A stretch of DNA of 64,000 nt, taken from the IMG/VR virus record IMGVR_UViG_2869455143_000004, positions 21,318 through 85,317 of that record. One strand, given 5' to 3'. Shown in pieces: positions 9,455 to 20,600 of the stretch. The position numbers were made by a program, and so were the translations under genes. Source of the stretch: a virus (lineage: Duplodnaviria; Caudoviricetes). Within the stretch, counting starts at the first letter, position 1. Every line of letters begins with the position of its first letter. The notes beneath the pieces were generated by a model, which did no database searches, was not told the DNA's origin, and saw only the letters and a program-made list of their open reading frames with translations.

Positions 9455-12400
9455 TTGGAAACAGCACAACAGGCCATTAGCAACACACCAGGTCTGGATA
9501 GCCTAATTACGCTGGTGGCGTCACTGCAGTTGAGACAAACCCCCATAGGGCGAACGTCGTTTGTTGTGACGAGCAAAGGGGATGAGGTCAAAACGGGCTT
9601 TAAAGTTGTTAATGCCAGTAGCCTGATAATTTCGAATAACCTTGATGGGACGATAAACCCTGCATTCCCAACGGAGCTGCAGCCGAGGGATCGTACCCGA
9701 ATGTCGAGTAAGATTCAGGTGAGCAAGATCGCCGGAAACTTACGTCCAGCACAATTAACCGATTCAGGGTTAAGTAGCCACGGTGCGCCTATTGTCGGCC
9801 CTGACAACGTTGTTGAGTCGGGGAATGGGCGCTCAATGGGAATACTACGGGCCTATGAGCAAGGGCAGGCTGACAGCTATCGCCAGTATCTGATCGACCA
9901 TGCAGCCGACTATGGGGTTAAGGCTGAAGATATTGCCCGGATGGATATGCCGGTGCTGGTGAGGGAGCGTGTCACCGACGTTGATCGTGCTCAGTTTGCC
10001 AGAGATTCCAACCTCTCAGATCTGCAGGAAATGGCAGCGAGCGAAAAGGCATTCGTAGATGCCGAAATGCTCGATGAGCGGCTTATGGCGATGTTTTCCC
10101 CTTCCGAAGAGGGAAATCTACTTGCCCGGTCTAATGACGGCTTCATTCAGTCGTTTATGCGCGAAATTGGGGATACTGCAACTGCAGGTCTGGTAACGAC
10201 TGACGGCAGGCCGACCAAGCAGCTGATTGATCGCATTCAGAACGCTATTTTTGCAAAAGCGTACAAAGACGAACGACTTGTAAAAATGGTCGCAGAAGAA
10301 CCCGATCCCGAGATGCGTAATATCCTGACTGCACTCAACACCGCAGCCAGTGATTTTGCACAAATGCAGATGCTATCTGGTGACGTTCACAAAGAGGCTG
10401 TGAATGGGCTGGTGGGTGGTATTGAGGAAGTGGACGGTCTTGATAAACAGGCCATTGCCGCGCTACAGGAGGCCATTAACCTTGTGCGCCGGGCCAAAGA
10501 CTCAGGCCAGGCAATCGAAGAGGTGATCGCACAACAAGGGCTGTTTGAAGACACCAGCAAAGAGGCTGAGGCCCTGGCGCTATTTATCGTTGCCAATAGT
10601 CGCAGTTCCAAGCGTATAGGCGCTGCCTTCAAGAAGATGGCGCAAAAAATAAATGATGAGCTAATCCACCAGCAGCAGGCGTTGGGGGATATGTTTGGCG
10701 GCGGTAGCCTGTCACTTGTTGATGTGTTGTCTGCAGTCTCTACCGAAATTGAAGATGAGTTTGGTGAGGGGAAAGGGCTTAACTTTGCGATGTTCGAATC
10801 AGCACCGGGTGATAACCGTGCCTATATATCGCAAATGATCACGAGTGCAACAAGCGTTGACGAGCTGGTAAACGTCATCAAAATGACCGGAAAGCTTGCT
10901 AAGGCCAATCCGAATACTGAAGAAAATCTCGCGCGCCTGAGTGCTTCTGTGGGCAGAAACATGCTTTATTCACAGCGACCTCTAATTCAGCCATGGGTGG
11001 AAGCGCACGGTTATAGCGGCAATCTGCTTGGCGAAATGGCAACTTCTTCAGAAAATAGCGCCTTCTACTACAAGGCGTTGCAGGAAGCCATTAAAAATAA
11101 TGAACCTGCGCCGTCACTGGCGGATGCCAGAAATATTGATTACCGGGTGAAGTTATTTTTGGAAGCATCAGAGGGTGGGGCCAGTCCGGATCGATTGTTC
11201 ATGCTTATGCACAAGCTTGAAGACTTAATGCAATCAGACTTGAGCTGGCAGGAGTTGCGTAAGGCCTGCAGAACCTGGCTGGACAAATTCATGAAAATGC
11301 CGCATGCCATCTATGCGAAAGTCACGAGTAAGTTTGATAAAAAACTGGCTGATGCAAAAAGTATCCCTGAAACGATAGCCGCTCTGCAGTGGGCGATCGC
11401 TGCAGGCAAAAAGGCACTCACGGACATTAGCGATGTAATGGAAAGTGGAAAGGCTTCGCTCGATGCGGTAGGGCTGTCGAAAGACTTTAGCGGCGACGAG
11501 CTGGCAGATGCTTACATCGATGTTTTACGCCGCTTGAAAGCGCTTGCCGAAACTAATGATAAGGATGGTCGTCTAAAGCTACCTGAAGAGGTCGATTATT
11601 ATATTGAGCAGATTAATAAAGTTCGTGACCGGCCTGAAAAGTTGAAACCATATTTGAAAGATGTTTTCACGCCACATGGCGGGATAGGTCTGGAGGTAGA
11701 TCGGCTTAAATGGTTTATAGACCGTGAATCAGATGAAGCCGTTCAGCTATATGAACTTGAGAGGTTATTCAAGGATAAAGCTCCATACCCGCCTCTAATT
11801 GTTGAGAAAATACACAGTAAAGTTAAAGCGGCTATGGATGCCGTGATGCAGGCATCCCCAGTGTCAAAAGAAGATGCCGAAGCGTGGGGCAATGCGATTG
11901 AACTGGATAGCGACATTATTGAGAAAACCACTGTTACAGCAGGATGGCGTACTGGGTACGATGCGCGCGATGTTGCGGAAAAGGTCTTTACCTTGACCGG
12001 CGGCAAGCTGGATACGCTGAAAAAGATTGAGCACCAGGCGAAGGTTAGAGCGAGTGCAAGCCAGAGCCGCCAGTCTGTGACGATCGACGCGGATACGGAT
12101 GCCGAACATGTTATGTGGCACGAACTTGGACACCATGTGGAATTTTCTAACCCCCATTTGCTGGAGCGCGCAAAAGGCTTCATTAAATCAAAGACTGAAG
12201 GACGGTTGGTATACAGCAATTTTGGCGGGTACGGCGATGCTGAGTACAAGGTCAAAACATCACTAAGTCATTACTACATGTCAAAAATCTACATGGATAA
12301 TAGGGTAAGTCTCGCGAGTGGTAAGTTATTATCGAAAGCACCATCGTTGAACAATTGCCGCTCTACTGAAGTGTTTTCAATGGCGCTGCAGTGCTACGCC

Positions 12401-12493
12401 GATCCTGAATTGACTGCAACTTCATACTTAAACGGTGACGGCATTATCGAGTTTTTACTGGGATGCTTTAAGGAGCTGCAGAATGCGCATTAA
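9455..12493 (+). CDS. ddrB: DdrB: N-terminal ParB-like domain and C-terminal zincin-like metallopeptidase motif
   Basis: 1012 aa, TTG start 8 nt after GGAGG. LQPRDR and VESGNGR in the ParB-like region; HELGH (HExxH) plus downstream TEVFS. Confidence 0.85.
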   Translation: METAQQAISNTPGLDSLITLVASLQLRQTPIGRTSFVVTSKGDEVKTGFKVVNASSLIISNNLDGTINPAFPTELQPRDRTRMSSKIQVSKIAGNLRPAQLTDSGLSSHGAPIVGPDNVVESGNGRSMGILRAYEQGQADSYRQYLIDHAADYGVKAEDIARMDMPVLVRERVTDVDRAQFARDSNLSDLQEMAASEKAFVDAEMLDERLMAMFSPSEEGNLLARSNDGFIQSFMREIGDTATAGLVTTDGRPTKQLIDRIQNAIFAKAYKDERLVKMVAEEPDPEMRNILTALNTAASDFAQMQMLSGDVHKEAVNGLVGGIEEVDGLDKQAIAALQEAINLVRRAKDSGQAIEEVIAQQGLFEDTSKEAEALALFIVANSRSSKRIGAAFKKMAQKINDELIHQQQALGDMFGGGSLSLVDVLSAVSTEIEDEFGEGKGLNFAMFESAPGDNRAYISQMITSATSVDELVNVIKMTGKLAKANPNTEENLARLSASVGRNMLYSQRPLIQPWVEAHGYSGNLLGEMATSSENSAFYYKALQEAIKNNEPAPSLADARNIDYRVKLFLEASEGGASPDRLFMLMHKLEDLMQSDLSWQELRKACRTWLDKFMKMPHAIYAKVTSKFDKKLADAKSIPETIAALQWAIAAGKKALTDISDVMESGKASLDAVGLSKDFSGDELADAYIDVLRRLKALAETNDKDGRLKLPEEVDYYIEQINKVRDRPEKLKPYLKDVFTPHGGIGLEVDRLKWFIDRESDEAVQLYELERLFKDKAPYPPLIVEKIHSKVKAAMDAVMQASPVSKEDAEAWGNAIELDSDIIEKTTVTAGWRTGYDARDVAEKVFTLTGGKLDTLKKIEHQAKVRASASQSRQSVTIDADTDAEHVMWHELGHHVEFSNPHLLERAKGFIKSKTEGRLVYSNFGGYGDAEYKVKTSLSHYYMSKIYMDNRVSLASGKLLSKAPSLNNCRSTEVFSMALQCYADPELTATSYLNGDGIIEFLLGCFKELQNAH

Positions 12494-12776
12494 GGTAACA
12501 ATGCCCGGAGGAAAAGCCGGTATGGTTGAATGCAGTAATGCCGGTACGCTGGTAATAGTTGAGGGAGATATCACCCAGGATGATATGCGCAATGCTCTTA
12601 ACGGTGTACGGCCTAACTCTGCCGTGGGAGAGGTGAACTCTTTAAATGCTGACGCACATTTGGTCTTACGTAGCCTGGAAAGCGCTGGTTGGCAGGTGGA
12701 CTGGCCTGAAGTTGACGCTGGCGATGATGATCCGAATGATGAAGATACCCCGAACATAGCCAGCACAATCCACTAA
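12483..12776 (+). CDS. hxr: Hxr-like protein
   Basis: About 97 aa, overlaps the ddrB end, acidic C-terminus; P1 synteny. Confidence 0.6.
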   Translation: MRIKVTMPGGKAGMVECSNAGTLVIVEGDITQDDMRNALNGVRPNSAVGEVNSLNADAHLVLRSLESAGWQVDWPEVDAGDDDPNDEDTPNIASTIH

Positions 12777-12781
12777 GAAAC

Positions 12782-12806
12782 GCCCACTTCGTGTGGGCTT
12801 CTTTTT
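12782..12806 (+). terminator. Rho-independent terminator after hxr
   Basis: GCCCAC-TTCGT-GTGGGC followed by TTCTTTTT. Confidence 0.75.
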
Positions 12807-12826
12807 GCTCGCTACCGGTTGCAAAG

Positions 12827-12843
12827 TACAGAGCGGTTACTGT
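12827..12843 (+). promoter_or_regulatory. Putative late promoter (endolysin)
   Basis: TACAGAGCGGT-TACTGT. Confidence 0.5.
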
Positions 12844-12873
12844 TTCGGCTCATTGCTAACAGAGGAAAAAAGC

Positions 12874-13365
12874 ATGAGTCAGCCCAATGAACTCCGTTGG
12901 ATAGTTGAGGCCCGTAAACACATCGGGTTACGTGAAATCAAAGGTGCGGAACATAACCCCGAGATCCTACAAATGTGGAAGGACATTAAACGTGGTGGCA
13001 TCAAAGACGATGAAACTCCGTGGTGTGCTGCATTTGTAGGTGCGATGCTTGAGCGTGTAGGCATCCAGTCTACTCGATTTGAATCGGCACGAAGCTACAC
13101 CTCTTGGGGAACCGCGCTGCACGATCCGGCATATGGTTGCATTGTGACGTTTACCCGTGAAGGTGGCGGTCATGTCGGCTTTGTTGTTGGTCAGGATGCA
13201 AACCGTAATTTGTTAGTGCTGGGGGGCAACCAGGGCGATGCTGTAAACATTCGTGCATTCCCGCGTAGCCGTGTAACCGGTTATCGCTGGCCTGCCGGTG
13301 AGCCGGGGCCGGAGTCATACAAGCTACCACTGCAGAATGCGCAGACGTCCACCAGCGAAGCGTAA
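12874..13365 (+). CDS. Endolysin, CHAP/NlpC-P60-like (TIGR02594-type)
   Basis: Start MSQPNELRW after AGAGGA. DETPWCAAF (Cys), GGHVGFV (His) and LGGNQ motifs. Confidence 0.8.
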   Translation: MSQPNELRWIVEARKHIGLREIKGAEHNPEILQMWKDIKRGGIKDDETPWCAAFVGAMLERVGIQSTRFESARSYTSWGTALHDPAYGCIVTFTREGGGHVGFVVGQDANRNLLVLGGNQGDAVNIRAFPRSRVTGYRWPAGEPGPESYKLPLQNAQTSTSEA

Positions 13366-14283
13366 TTACCGAAAACCATCCGGTTTTTTGCTGTAATCCA
13401 CGTCTTTAAAGCTGGCACGGAATATACCGTCATCACGCTGGTGGATAGATTTTTTCATGGTATCCATCAGCTTGATGAACATGTGCTTGTAACGCTTCTC
13501 GTTGGCACCGAGTACAGACTGTCGTTCGTGGTAATTGCGTTCTGCTGTATTGAGCTGCCCCTGAATCCGTGTTTTGTTAATGCGCTCATTCCACTGCTTC
13601 AGCGTTTTGCCTTTCACTCCTTCTTGCTTATCCACAGGATCACTTTCACCGGTCCCAATATTTGTCTTTTCTTTCTGACTTTTAGAAGGGGTTAATATCT
13701 TCTTTTGTGACGCATTTTGCGCCCCCTTTTCGGGTTGCGTTTTGCGCCCCCCTGATTTGTTGAAAAGCACAGCTGACGCGGCTTTCAAAGCGAAGGCCAT
13801 TACTTTTTGTTTCACTCTGCTGGTGGTTTTACGAAACAGTGCGATCGCAAGGCAAAACAGCATGGCACCGCGCGTTAGTGTGCGTCTGGCAGTTTCAATA
13901 CCAATTTTGTCTTGGGGTATTTCAGAAGTAAAAATAGCGCGACCGGAAGCGCCTGCAGTGAAGCGGTCGAGTGTGGCTATGGAAACTTCGGCATCGAGCG
14001 CGAGCGTTTTACGGCTGGCATAGCAAACGCCGGTGTGGGACGGATTTACTTTGTTGGCGATGCTGGCAGCAATCAGTTTCCCGGTCCGGCTGATAAGCGC
14101 CGCTGGCAGGAAAAGAAAAGCGTGACTTAGTTTATATCCCGTGGGGTAGTTCTTTTGTACTTCAAGCCAGAGAGCCTCATTGTCCATGTGGTGATAGTGT
14201 TCAAAATCTGGCAGGTCAGCGCTAATGACACAGCCCGTGATAGCCGACGACATGTCATTCCATAGTTCCTTTGCGTTATCCAT
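13366..14283 (-). CDS. repL: RepL-like lytic replication initiator (HTH)
   Basis: HTH-like segment YASRKTLALDAEVSIATLDRF, Lys-rich linker, and C-terminal PDGFR resembling the P1 RepL end (PAGFRG). Operator upstream. Similarity is distant. Confidence 0.5.
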   Translation of the reverse strand: MDNAKELWNDMSSAITGCVISADLPDFEHYHHMDNEALWLEVQKNYPTGYKLSHAFLFLPAALISRTGKLIAASIANKVNPSHTGVCYASRKTLALDAEVSIATLDRFTAGASGRAIFTSEIPQDKIGIETARRTLTRGAMLFCLAIALFRKTTSRVKQKVMAFALKAASAVLFNKSGGRKTQPEKGAQNASQKKILTPSKSQKEKTNIGTGESDPVDKQEGVKGKTLKQWNERINKTRIQGQLNTAERNYHERQSVLGANEKRYKHMFIKLMDTMKKSIHQRDDGIFRASFKDVDYSKKPDGFR

Positions 14284-14766
14284 TCTGCTTCATTTCCATC
14301 GTTATATTGATTTAGAAAACCTCCAGACGCGGGGCTTCCTGTCACTGAGTAACATTTGGACAAAGATGGTTACGGGTGAGCAAAAAAAAGACTTGAGTGC
14401 CGAGATCGGCGCTAGTAAACTGGACGCTAGTCTAGTAACCAGACAACAAAAGGCCTCCGCTCAGTAAAGAACGTTTTCATCTTTGTGGGCTGGGAAAAAC
14501 GGATCGGGTTAATTCATATTTGCCTCCTTTTTGTCTCCTTTTATTGTTGCCTCTTTGTTTCGGCATGGTTGTTGGCTTATCACATTGAATTTCAGGGGCT
14601 TAACCCCCGGCAAGAACCACCTGGCAGGGTGGTTTTTTGCTTTCAGCGGGTAATATCACCCACAGATTCCCAAAAAGCACGATCTTTTTAGCCTCTACGA
14701 TCCTGATCGTCGGGTACTGGATACTATTCTGATCTCTTGTTTTTGACAATGCTGTGTTTATTTACA

Positions 14767-14777
14767 CCTTAGAATTA
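14767..14777. promoter_or_regulatory. Putative C1 operator (upstream of repL-like gene)
   Basis: CCTTAGAATTA. Confidence 0.65.
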
Positions 14778-14806
14778 AAGTTATTAATGTATTGAGGAAA
14801 TGGCAT

Positions 14807-14830
14807 AAAAAACCGCCAGTTAAGGCGGTT
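14807..14830 (-). terminator. Terminator of the prt-pro operon
   Basis: AACCGCC-AGTTAA-GGCGGTT with an A-run on the plus strand (U-run on minus). Confidence 0.75.
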
Positions 14831-14849
14831 TGAGAGGTGTGCTACGAAG

Positions 14850-15863
14850 TTATTTATTCGGACGTAACCAGAGTACATCCTCATCGCTGGCGATGTTGGT
14901 TTGTTTCGCCGGATCGCGTTGGCGGGGAGGGTGATCGCCGATAGGTAGGCTGGAAGACATATTTCCTGCAGCTGACTCCAACATCGCAGACAGTACCTGA
15001 ATATCCTCTTCAGATTCCATACGTAGCAGCGCCTGGCGTTGTTCTTTGCTGATAAAAACAGGCAGGCTGTTTAATGTTTCCCGCATAATACGGCGGCGGG
15101 TTTTCGCCAGCTCACCGGCGCTTTCCAGCATAGCGTTTTGCTCACTAACTCGCGCCTGCATTTCCGCCAGTTGCCCCTGCAGCGCCCACATCTTACTTTC
15201 CAGGTGGCTGGTATGCTCTACGGCCTCAAACATAGCCTGATCTTCTCGCAAGGTTTCAAAGTGATGGCAAAGGTCCGTTGCCGCGTTTTCACTGAAACCT
15301 GACTCAATCAGCCCAGCAATCATAAGCTCGGTGCGTGTACCGGCAGACTCAAGCATTAATGACGCCCTGTCCAGGCTGATATAATTTGGCGTGGTTACAT
15401 AGTCGAAACCATAAAAGCCGGTGACTACTGAACGGAGTGAACTGTCATTGCCGCCGGTAGCCCAACTCCAGCCACCAGCTCTTGACGCCTCCATGCCACT
15501 GACAATATGGCCTGGCTCAGTATCAAGAATCTCCTGTGTGTGCGTGACCACGCCATCATCATCTACTGATACTGAAAGGGTGCGGTTGGACGGGACATTC
15601 GTCAGAGTTACGGGTTTGCCTTCCACAACCGCTACGGAGACTTCAGGGAGAGTTAGTTTTCCTGTTTTGGCGTAGTGAATTTGTCGGCGACCATGACCAT
15701 AGTAGCCGTACATTTCACCGAGAGAGATGCATTCTTTTACTTCAGGATCGTTGAAGGTATCTCTAACCGATTTCAGGATGTAATTGCGCGTATTCTGCGG
15801 TGTGTGGCGACGAATGGTGTCCACCAGAGAAAAGCGATCGGTAACTGTCTTTAGTGATTTCAA
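14850..15863 (-). CDS. pro: Prohead processing protease Pro
   Basis: 337 aa. YGYYGHGRR, GGWSWA and FYGFDYV motifs of the P1 Pro family; downstream of the portal gene. Confidence 0.8.
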   Translation of the reverse strand: MKSLKTVTDRFSLVDTIRRHTPQNTRNYILKSVRDTFNDPEVKECISLGEMYGYYGHGRRQIHYAKTGKLTLPEVSVAVVEGKPVTLTNVPSNRTLSVSVDDDGVVTHTQEILDTEPGHIVSGMEASRAGGWSWATGGNDSSLRSVVTGFYGFDYVTTPNYISLDRASLMLESAGTRTELMIAGLIESGFSENAATDLCHHFETLREDQAMFEAVEHTSHLESKMWALQGQLAEMQARVSEQNAMLESAGELAKTRRRIMRETLNSLPVFISKEQRQALLRMESEEDIQVLSAMLESAAGNMSSSLPIGDHPPRQRDPAKQTNIASDEDVLWLRPNK

Positions 15864-15876
15864 GGTGTGCTCCGTA

Positions 15877-17565
15877 TTACTGTTGTGTCATAACAAATTT
15901 GGCGAAGTTAAGCAGTTGTTCCCGACTCCATGTTTCCGGGTTACTGTCATCACCTCTACCTGGGGCGGATTCGTACATCATGTCGTCGTGTTCTCCTGCG
16001 TCTTTGGTCGCATTGAACTCTTTGATCATGGACTGCAGCATCTGCTCATCCATTTTTAGCTGGTCGCAAAACAGGTAACGCATGAACGTTTCACTACCAG
16101 CCAATTTGGGGCTTTGCTGGATCTGGTCGAGAATTTGCGTGATAACAGCGATGAAGTTGGCACGGGAATCCTGATCTCGGGCTTCTTCCTGCATCAATGC
16201 TGTGTTCATTGAGTTGAACTGGACGGAGTAGGGGCGCTGGTTAGACAGGTAGGCTTTACCGTGTTTGTATGCCAGATGAATATCCGTGAGCCGGTAAATC
16301 ACATCGCTTGCTGCCTGGCGGAGCCATTGAGCACGGATCGCGGCTTGAATAGCTGTTTGCGCCCAACCACCTTCACCTAATCCCCCTGACATTTGGTCTG
16401 CCCAGCCGAGCATGGTCGAGTCTATGCCCAGGCTTGAGCACAGCTGGCGAAGATGAAACATGACGTCTTCAATGCCGGTGATATCAGCTGGAATGTACTG
16501 GGTATCAATAGTGATGTTATTCTTGCCATCCCCCATAACCGGTATCAGATGGTTAAGCACCGTCGGCATGGTATTCGCCTGCAGAGAACGGCGTGACATA
16601 GCTTCGCTGTTACGCTTCAGGGATTGGCTGACCGTGCGCGTGTAGTTCGCGGCGTTTACCGGATCGAGAGTGCCGGTTGTCAGTGCGATCAGCCGGTCAA
16701 TTTTTGCAGCGTTGTAACGTGTGGCCTTCAGTGCATTCAGTGCGCCGCAAAGGTTCATAAACGCTTCATACGAGTTTTCCAGAAAGCTGGTCCCGTAGTT
16801 CTGCGTTTCGGTGATAGGGTGCTGGTTTTGTTCCGTTAATAGGGAATATCCACGCGTACCGGTTGTGACCGGAATAATTTTCCCTGATGGCGTCCAAAAC
16901 GGGTTTTTCATTGCCACGATCTCCCACGGGTCAGCCAGCATGCGTTGCATTGTTTCCGGTGAAAGAAGGTAATCGCCTGAGAACCCCGCGAGAGTCCCGC
17001 CTTTGTTAAATTCCTGAATGAAGTACGGGAGGGTGTAGTAAGACGATTCGATATTTACGATCCCGCGACCAGGCTCACCGTAGGGGCGCATATATCCGAC
17101 GCCGAAAATAGCCATGAGTAACCCCCACGACGGCAGGCCGGTATCAATCATTTCCCCCAGGTCATTCATTAGCTCATTGCAGCGCGCCACGGTTTCTTTA
17201 TCCCCTGGGTCTTTAGCAACGATGGAGAACGCCAGGCCCGTCCGTTTACTGGGAGATAAGGCTTGCGCGAGGTGGATATTTAACGCCTGGGAAACCGTGG
17301 CGCTTTTTGCCATTTCCTCCAGCACTGTGTACCGCGACAACCTTTCCAGAGGCAGCTCAAGGTTGATACCTATCTGATCCGCCTGTGTTGTCAGTTCTCC
17401 AGGCGCGTCTTGCCGGTTGCCAGTCAGAAATGACAGCCCCGACCGTGAAACCACATTGTGACCACTGCTGATGGGGAGTTGTGCCAGTGGCGCGGCAGGC
17501 GCACTGGAGAACATTTTTTTCAGGGCCGCAAGTGGCCCGGAGCTTGTCGTCTTTCTGTTAGCCAT
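15877..17565 (-). CDS. prt: Portal protein Prt
   Basis: 562 aa, helical portal-like protein divergent from darB as in P1. Confidence 0.82.
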   Translation of the reverse strand: MANRKTTSSGPLAALKKMFSSAPAAPLAQLPISSGHNVVSRSGLSFLTGNRQDAPGELTTQADQIGINLELPLERLSRYTVLEEMAKSATVSQALNIHLAQALSPSKRTGLAFSIVAKDPGDKETVARCNELMNDLGEMIDTGLPSWGLLMAIFGVGYMRPYGEPGRGIVNIESSYYTLPYFIQEFNKGGTLAGFSGDYLLSPETMQRMLADPWEIVAMKNPFWTPSGKIIPVTTGTRGYSLLTEQNQHPITETQNYGTSFLENSYEAFMNLCGALNALKATRYNAAKIDRLIALTTGTLDPVNAANYTRTVSQSLKRNSEAMSRRSLQANTMPTVLNHLIPVMGDGKNNITIDTQYIPADITGIEDVMFHLRQLCSSLGIDSTMLGWADQMSGGLGEGGWAQTAIQAAIRAQWLRQAASDVIYRLTDIHLAYKHGKAYLSNQRPYSVQFNSMNTALMQEEARDQDSRANFIAVITQILDQIQQSPKLAGSETFMRYLFCDQLKMDEQMLQSMIKEFNATKDAGEHDDMMYESAPGRGDDSNPETWSREQLLNFAKFVMTQQ

Positions 17566-17589
17566 GTTTTGACCAGTACCTTTGTTAAA

Positions 17590-17606
17590 TACAGACCGCT
17601 TAGATT
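17590..17606 (+). promoter_or_regulatory. Putative late promoter (darB)
   Basis: TACAGACCGCT-TAGATT. Confidence 0.6.
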
Positions 17607-17613
17607 TACGTGG

Positions 17614-17630
17614 ATTTTATTGGGTCTATG
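17614..17630 (-). promoter_or_regulatory. Putative late promoter (prt-pro)
   Basis: Minus strand CATAGACCCAA-TAAAAT. Confidence 0.55.
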
Positions 17631-17653
17631 TTTTACGGACATAAGGTTAAAAA

Positions 17654-20600
17654 ATGACAAACCAGCTTTCAGAGGCAATTGGTGGGGCATCAACACTAAG
17701 TGAGTTGATAACAGCCATACTTCGCGCGCGTAAGGTGCGATCGGTTGTGCAATTCGGCATTGAAAAGGAGAGCGGCGTAAGTATCCAGCGAGCCAGGCGA
17801 CAAGCGAACAATGACGCTATGCGATTGCTGAATGAGCTACCTCAAAATTTTAATGGGAACAACCTGAGCGCTGAACAGCGTGAAATTCTTGCGGGTTACA
17901 CCGGAGAAGGTGGCCTGACCGATGGGGGAAGCCAGTACGAATACTACACGCCGCAATTTATGGCTGAAGGTGTGTGGGATCTTCTGGCTGATTATGGCGT
18001 AACGTCTGGTCACGTTCTTGAGCCGTCTGCAGGTACCGGTATTTTCCAGGAAACGAAGCCTGCAGGTGCCATTATGACTGCAGCGGAGATCTCGTTAGTT
18101 TCCGGTCGTATTAACCAGTTACTGCACCCTGAAGACAGCGTACAGCTGGGGGCGTTTGAGACTTTAGCGGCTAAAGTACCGGATGATACATACGACCATG
18201 CAGTCGGAAACGTCCCATTTGGCGAAAGCCGAACTGGTTACGCTGAGCTTGATCCCGCTTACAAAAACGAAACGAACGTCGGGCATTACTTCATCCTACG
18301 AACCATAGACAAGGTGAAGCCTGGTGGCCTGATTGTGCTGGTGGTACCGAACGGTATGACCGACGGCGGAGGGACGAACAAGAAGCTGCGCGACCGCGTA
18401 TCCCGTAAAGCGGAGTTTTTGGGTGCTCACCGTATGCCGTCCGGTACCTTTGCCGAGAGCGGAACATCAACGGTGGTCGATGTATGGGTGTTACGTAAGC
18501 ACACGAAACCCCTGGCGGAGATCGTCAATGATGCCACTGACAAAATGCTCACCGGCGCGAATGTGCTGTGGCCTGTATTCATTAAGGGTAAATGGTTCCT
18601 TAGCCCCGAGGGGAAACGCTTTGTTCACGGAGAAACAGAGCGCTCATCATTCAATAATATTTTGACGGTCAAGAAGGATGGCCAACTTACCAATGCGGCA
18701 ATGAAACAGGCGCTGTCACGTCGCTTTGATAGCCGAATTGACTGGTCCATGCTCACCATTGAACAGGATTTGTATCAGGGGGCCGTCGAAGGTGACAAGC
18801 GGCTGGTGGGCGATATCTGGCATACGTTCGACGGCGACAAGTGGATACGAGACACAACGACTAACCATGCCGCCATTGATGCTGCCAGATTCGGTGTAGC
18901 AACGTTTGGGGATTTACAAACGAGATGCCGATCTCTGCAGGGGCTGCTATCGCTGACCGCCAGCCAGATCGCCGCCGTCATGGATGTTTACCCGTCCCTT
19001 CTTTCCGATCGTCAAAAAGGTATTGTTTCATTTGCTCTAAGGCAGAAAGCCAGCCAGCGTGAACGAGTAATGCGTGGGGGCTTGATTGGCCTGACGATTA
19101 ACGATGCACAGGACATGATCGCCCAGGGGCGTGACGCGGGTTCTTTGCTGGTGGACGCGGCAAGGATTACCGCCGAAGAGGTAGCGCGAAACGGATCACC
19201 TAATGGCCTGCGGTTATCCGGGTTGTCCGATAGTACCGCGAAGGCCTGGCTCACCTTCCAGGCGAACGTAACCAGAGAAGGCCAGCTGTCGGATTTGTTG
19301 ACCGGTAATATGAATGAGACTGAACTGAAAACGCTGGATACCGCTAATCCAGAGCAAGTAGTCAGTCATTTATTTAGCCAGATTGACCTGATTCCCGTCA
19401 CGCTGGAGCAATTTAGAGAGGTCTGTACTGCAAAGCTTCCTGAAAGTGATGACGCATTACTGGCGTATCTTGCCGGGTTCCCTGAAATTGCGCTCGATGG
19501 CTATGGAAACATGCTGCCAATGTCCCGCGCCACCAGCGGAAATGTACGCGGCAAAATCAACCACCTTGCAGGGCTGGTAAACGAGTACCCGGACGGACCC
19601 GAAAAGCAAAACTTTGTTCGCCAGATGGAGCTGATTAATGCCCGTCGAAAAGCGGCCCCAATCGACAAAATTAAAGTCAACCTCAACGCCCGTTGGCTTG
19701 ACCGTCGCCTGATTAAAGAATTTCTCGCCGAACAGGGTTATGACGCCTTCCGCTATACAAAGGATCTGGAAGTTGAGAATGGCTACCTGGTGTCGGCGGA
19801 TGATTACGAAGGTAAAGACGGTATTTTTACCGGGTATCAGCTGCGAACCGTCACCAGCAATAGCGGTGTAACTGAGTTTAAAAAGGCTAATAACAGCGAT
19901 GGTTTCCTCAACCAGCTGGAGAACTACCTTAACGGTGTGAAGCCGCGCGGCCCGAAGGCGGGGGAATACCTTTCTCGCATAGCTAAGCTGGAAGGTAGCT
20001 TCAACGATTGGTTGCGATCACATCCTGACGTTGAGGGTGTTGTGAACGACTACAACGATGCCTTTAACAACTACATTCCGTTCGAACATTCCAGTGAGTC
20101 ACTTCACCTGGAAGGACTGTCTGGCAAGCGCATCCCATTAAGCTATCAGAACTCTGAGGTTCGCCGCCTTTCGGAAGATGGGCGCGGGATCATGGGCTTT
20201 GGTACCGGCCTGGGTAAAACGACGACGGCGCTTGCCCTTGAAGCATTCAACTACCAGCACGGACGTTCAAAACGCACTGTTTTTGTCGTTCCAAAGGCGG
20301 TCTACCACAACTGGTACCACGAGGCGCGGGACTTCTACAGCCCGGAGGTCTTTGCGCAAATGCTGTTTGTCGGCATTGACGAGGTACGTGGGGAAGATGG
20401 CGAGATTCAGACATCCCAGGTTCGCAACGAAAACAACGAGCCGATGACTGATCGTGACGGCAACCCGATAATGCGTAACGTCATTAAGGATGCCGATAGC
20501 GCCACGATTCTGGAACGAATGAACCGCATACCGGCGTCGAATTACCGTAGCGTCATCATGACCAAAGAACAGTTTGGCATGATCCCGCTGCGTGAAGAAA

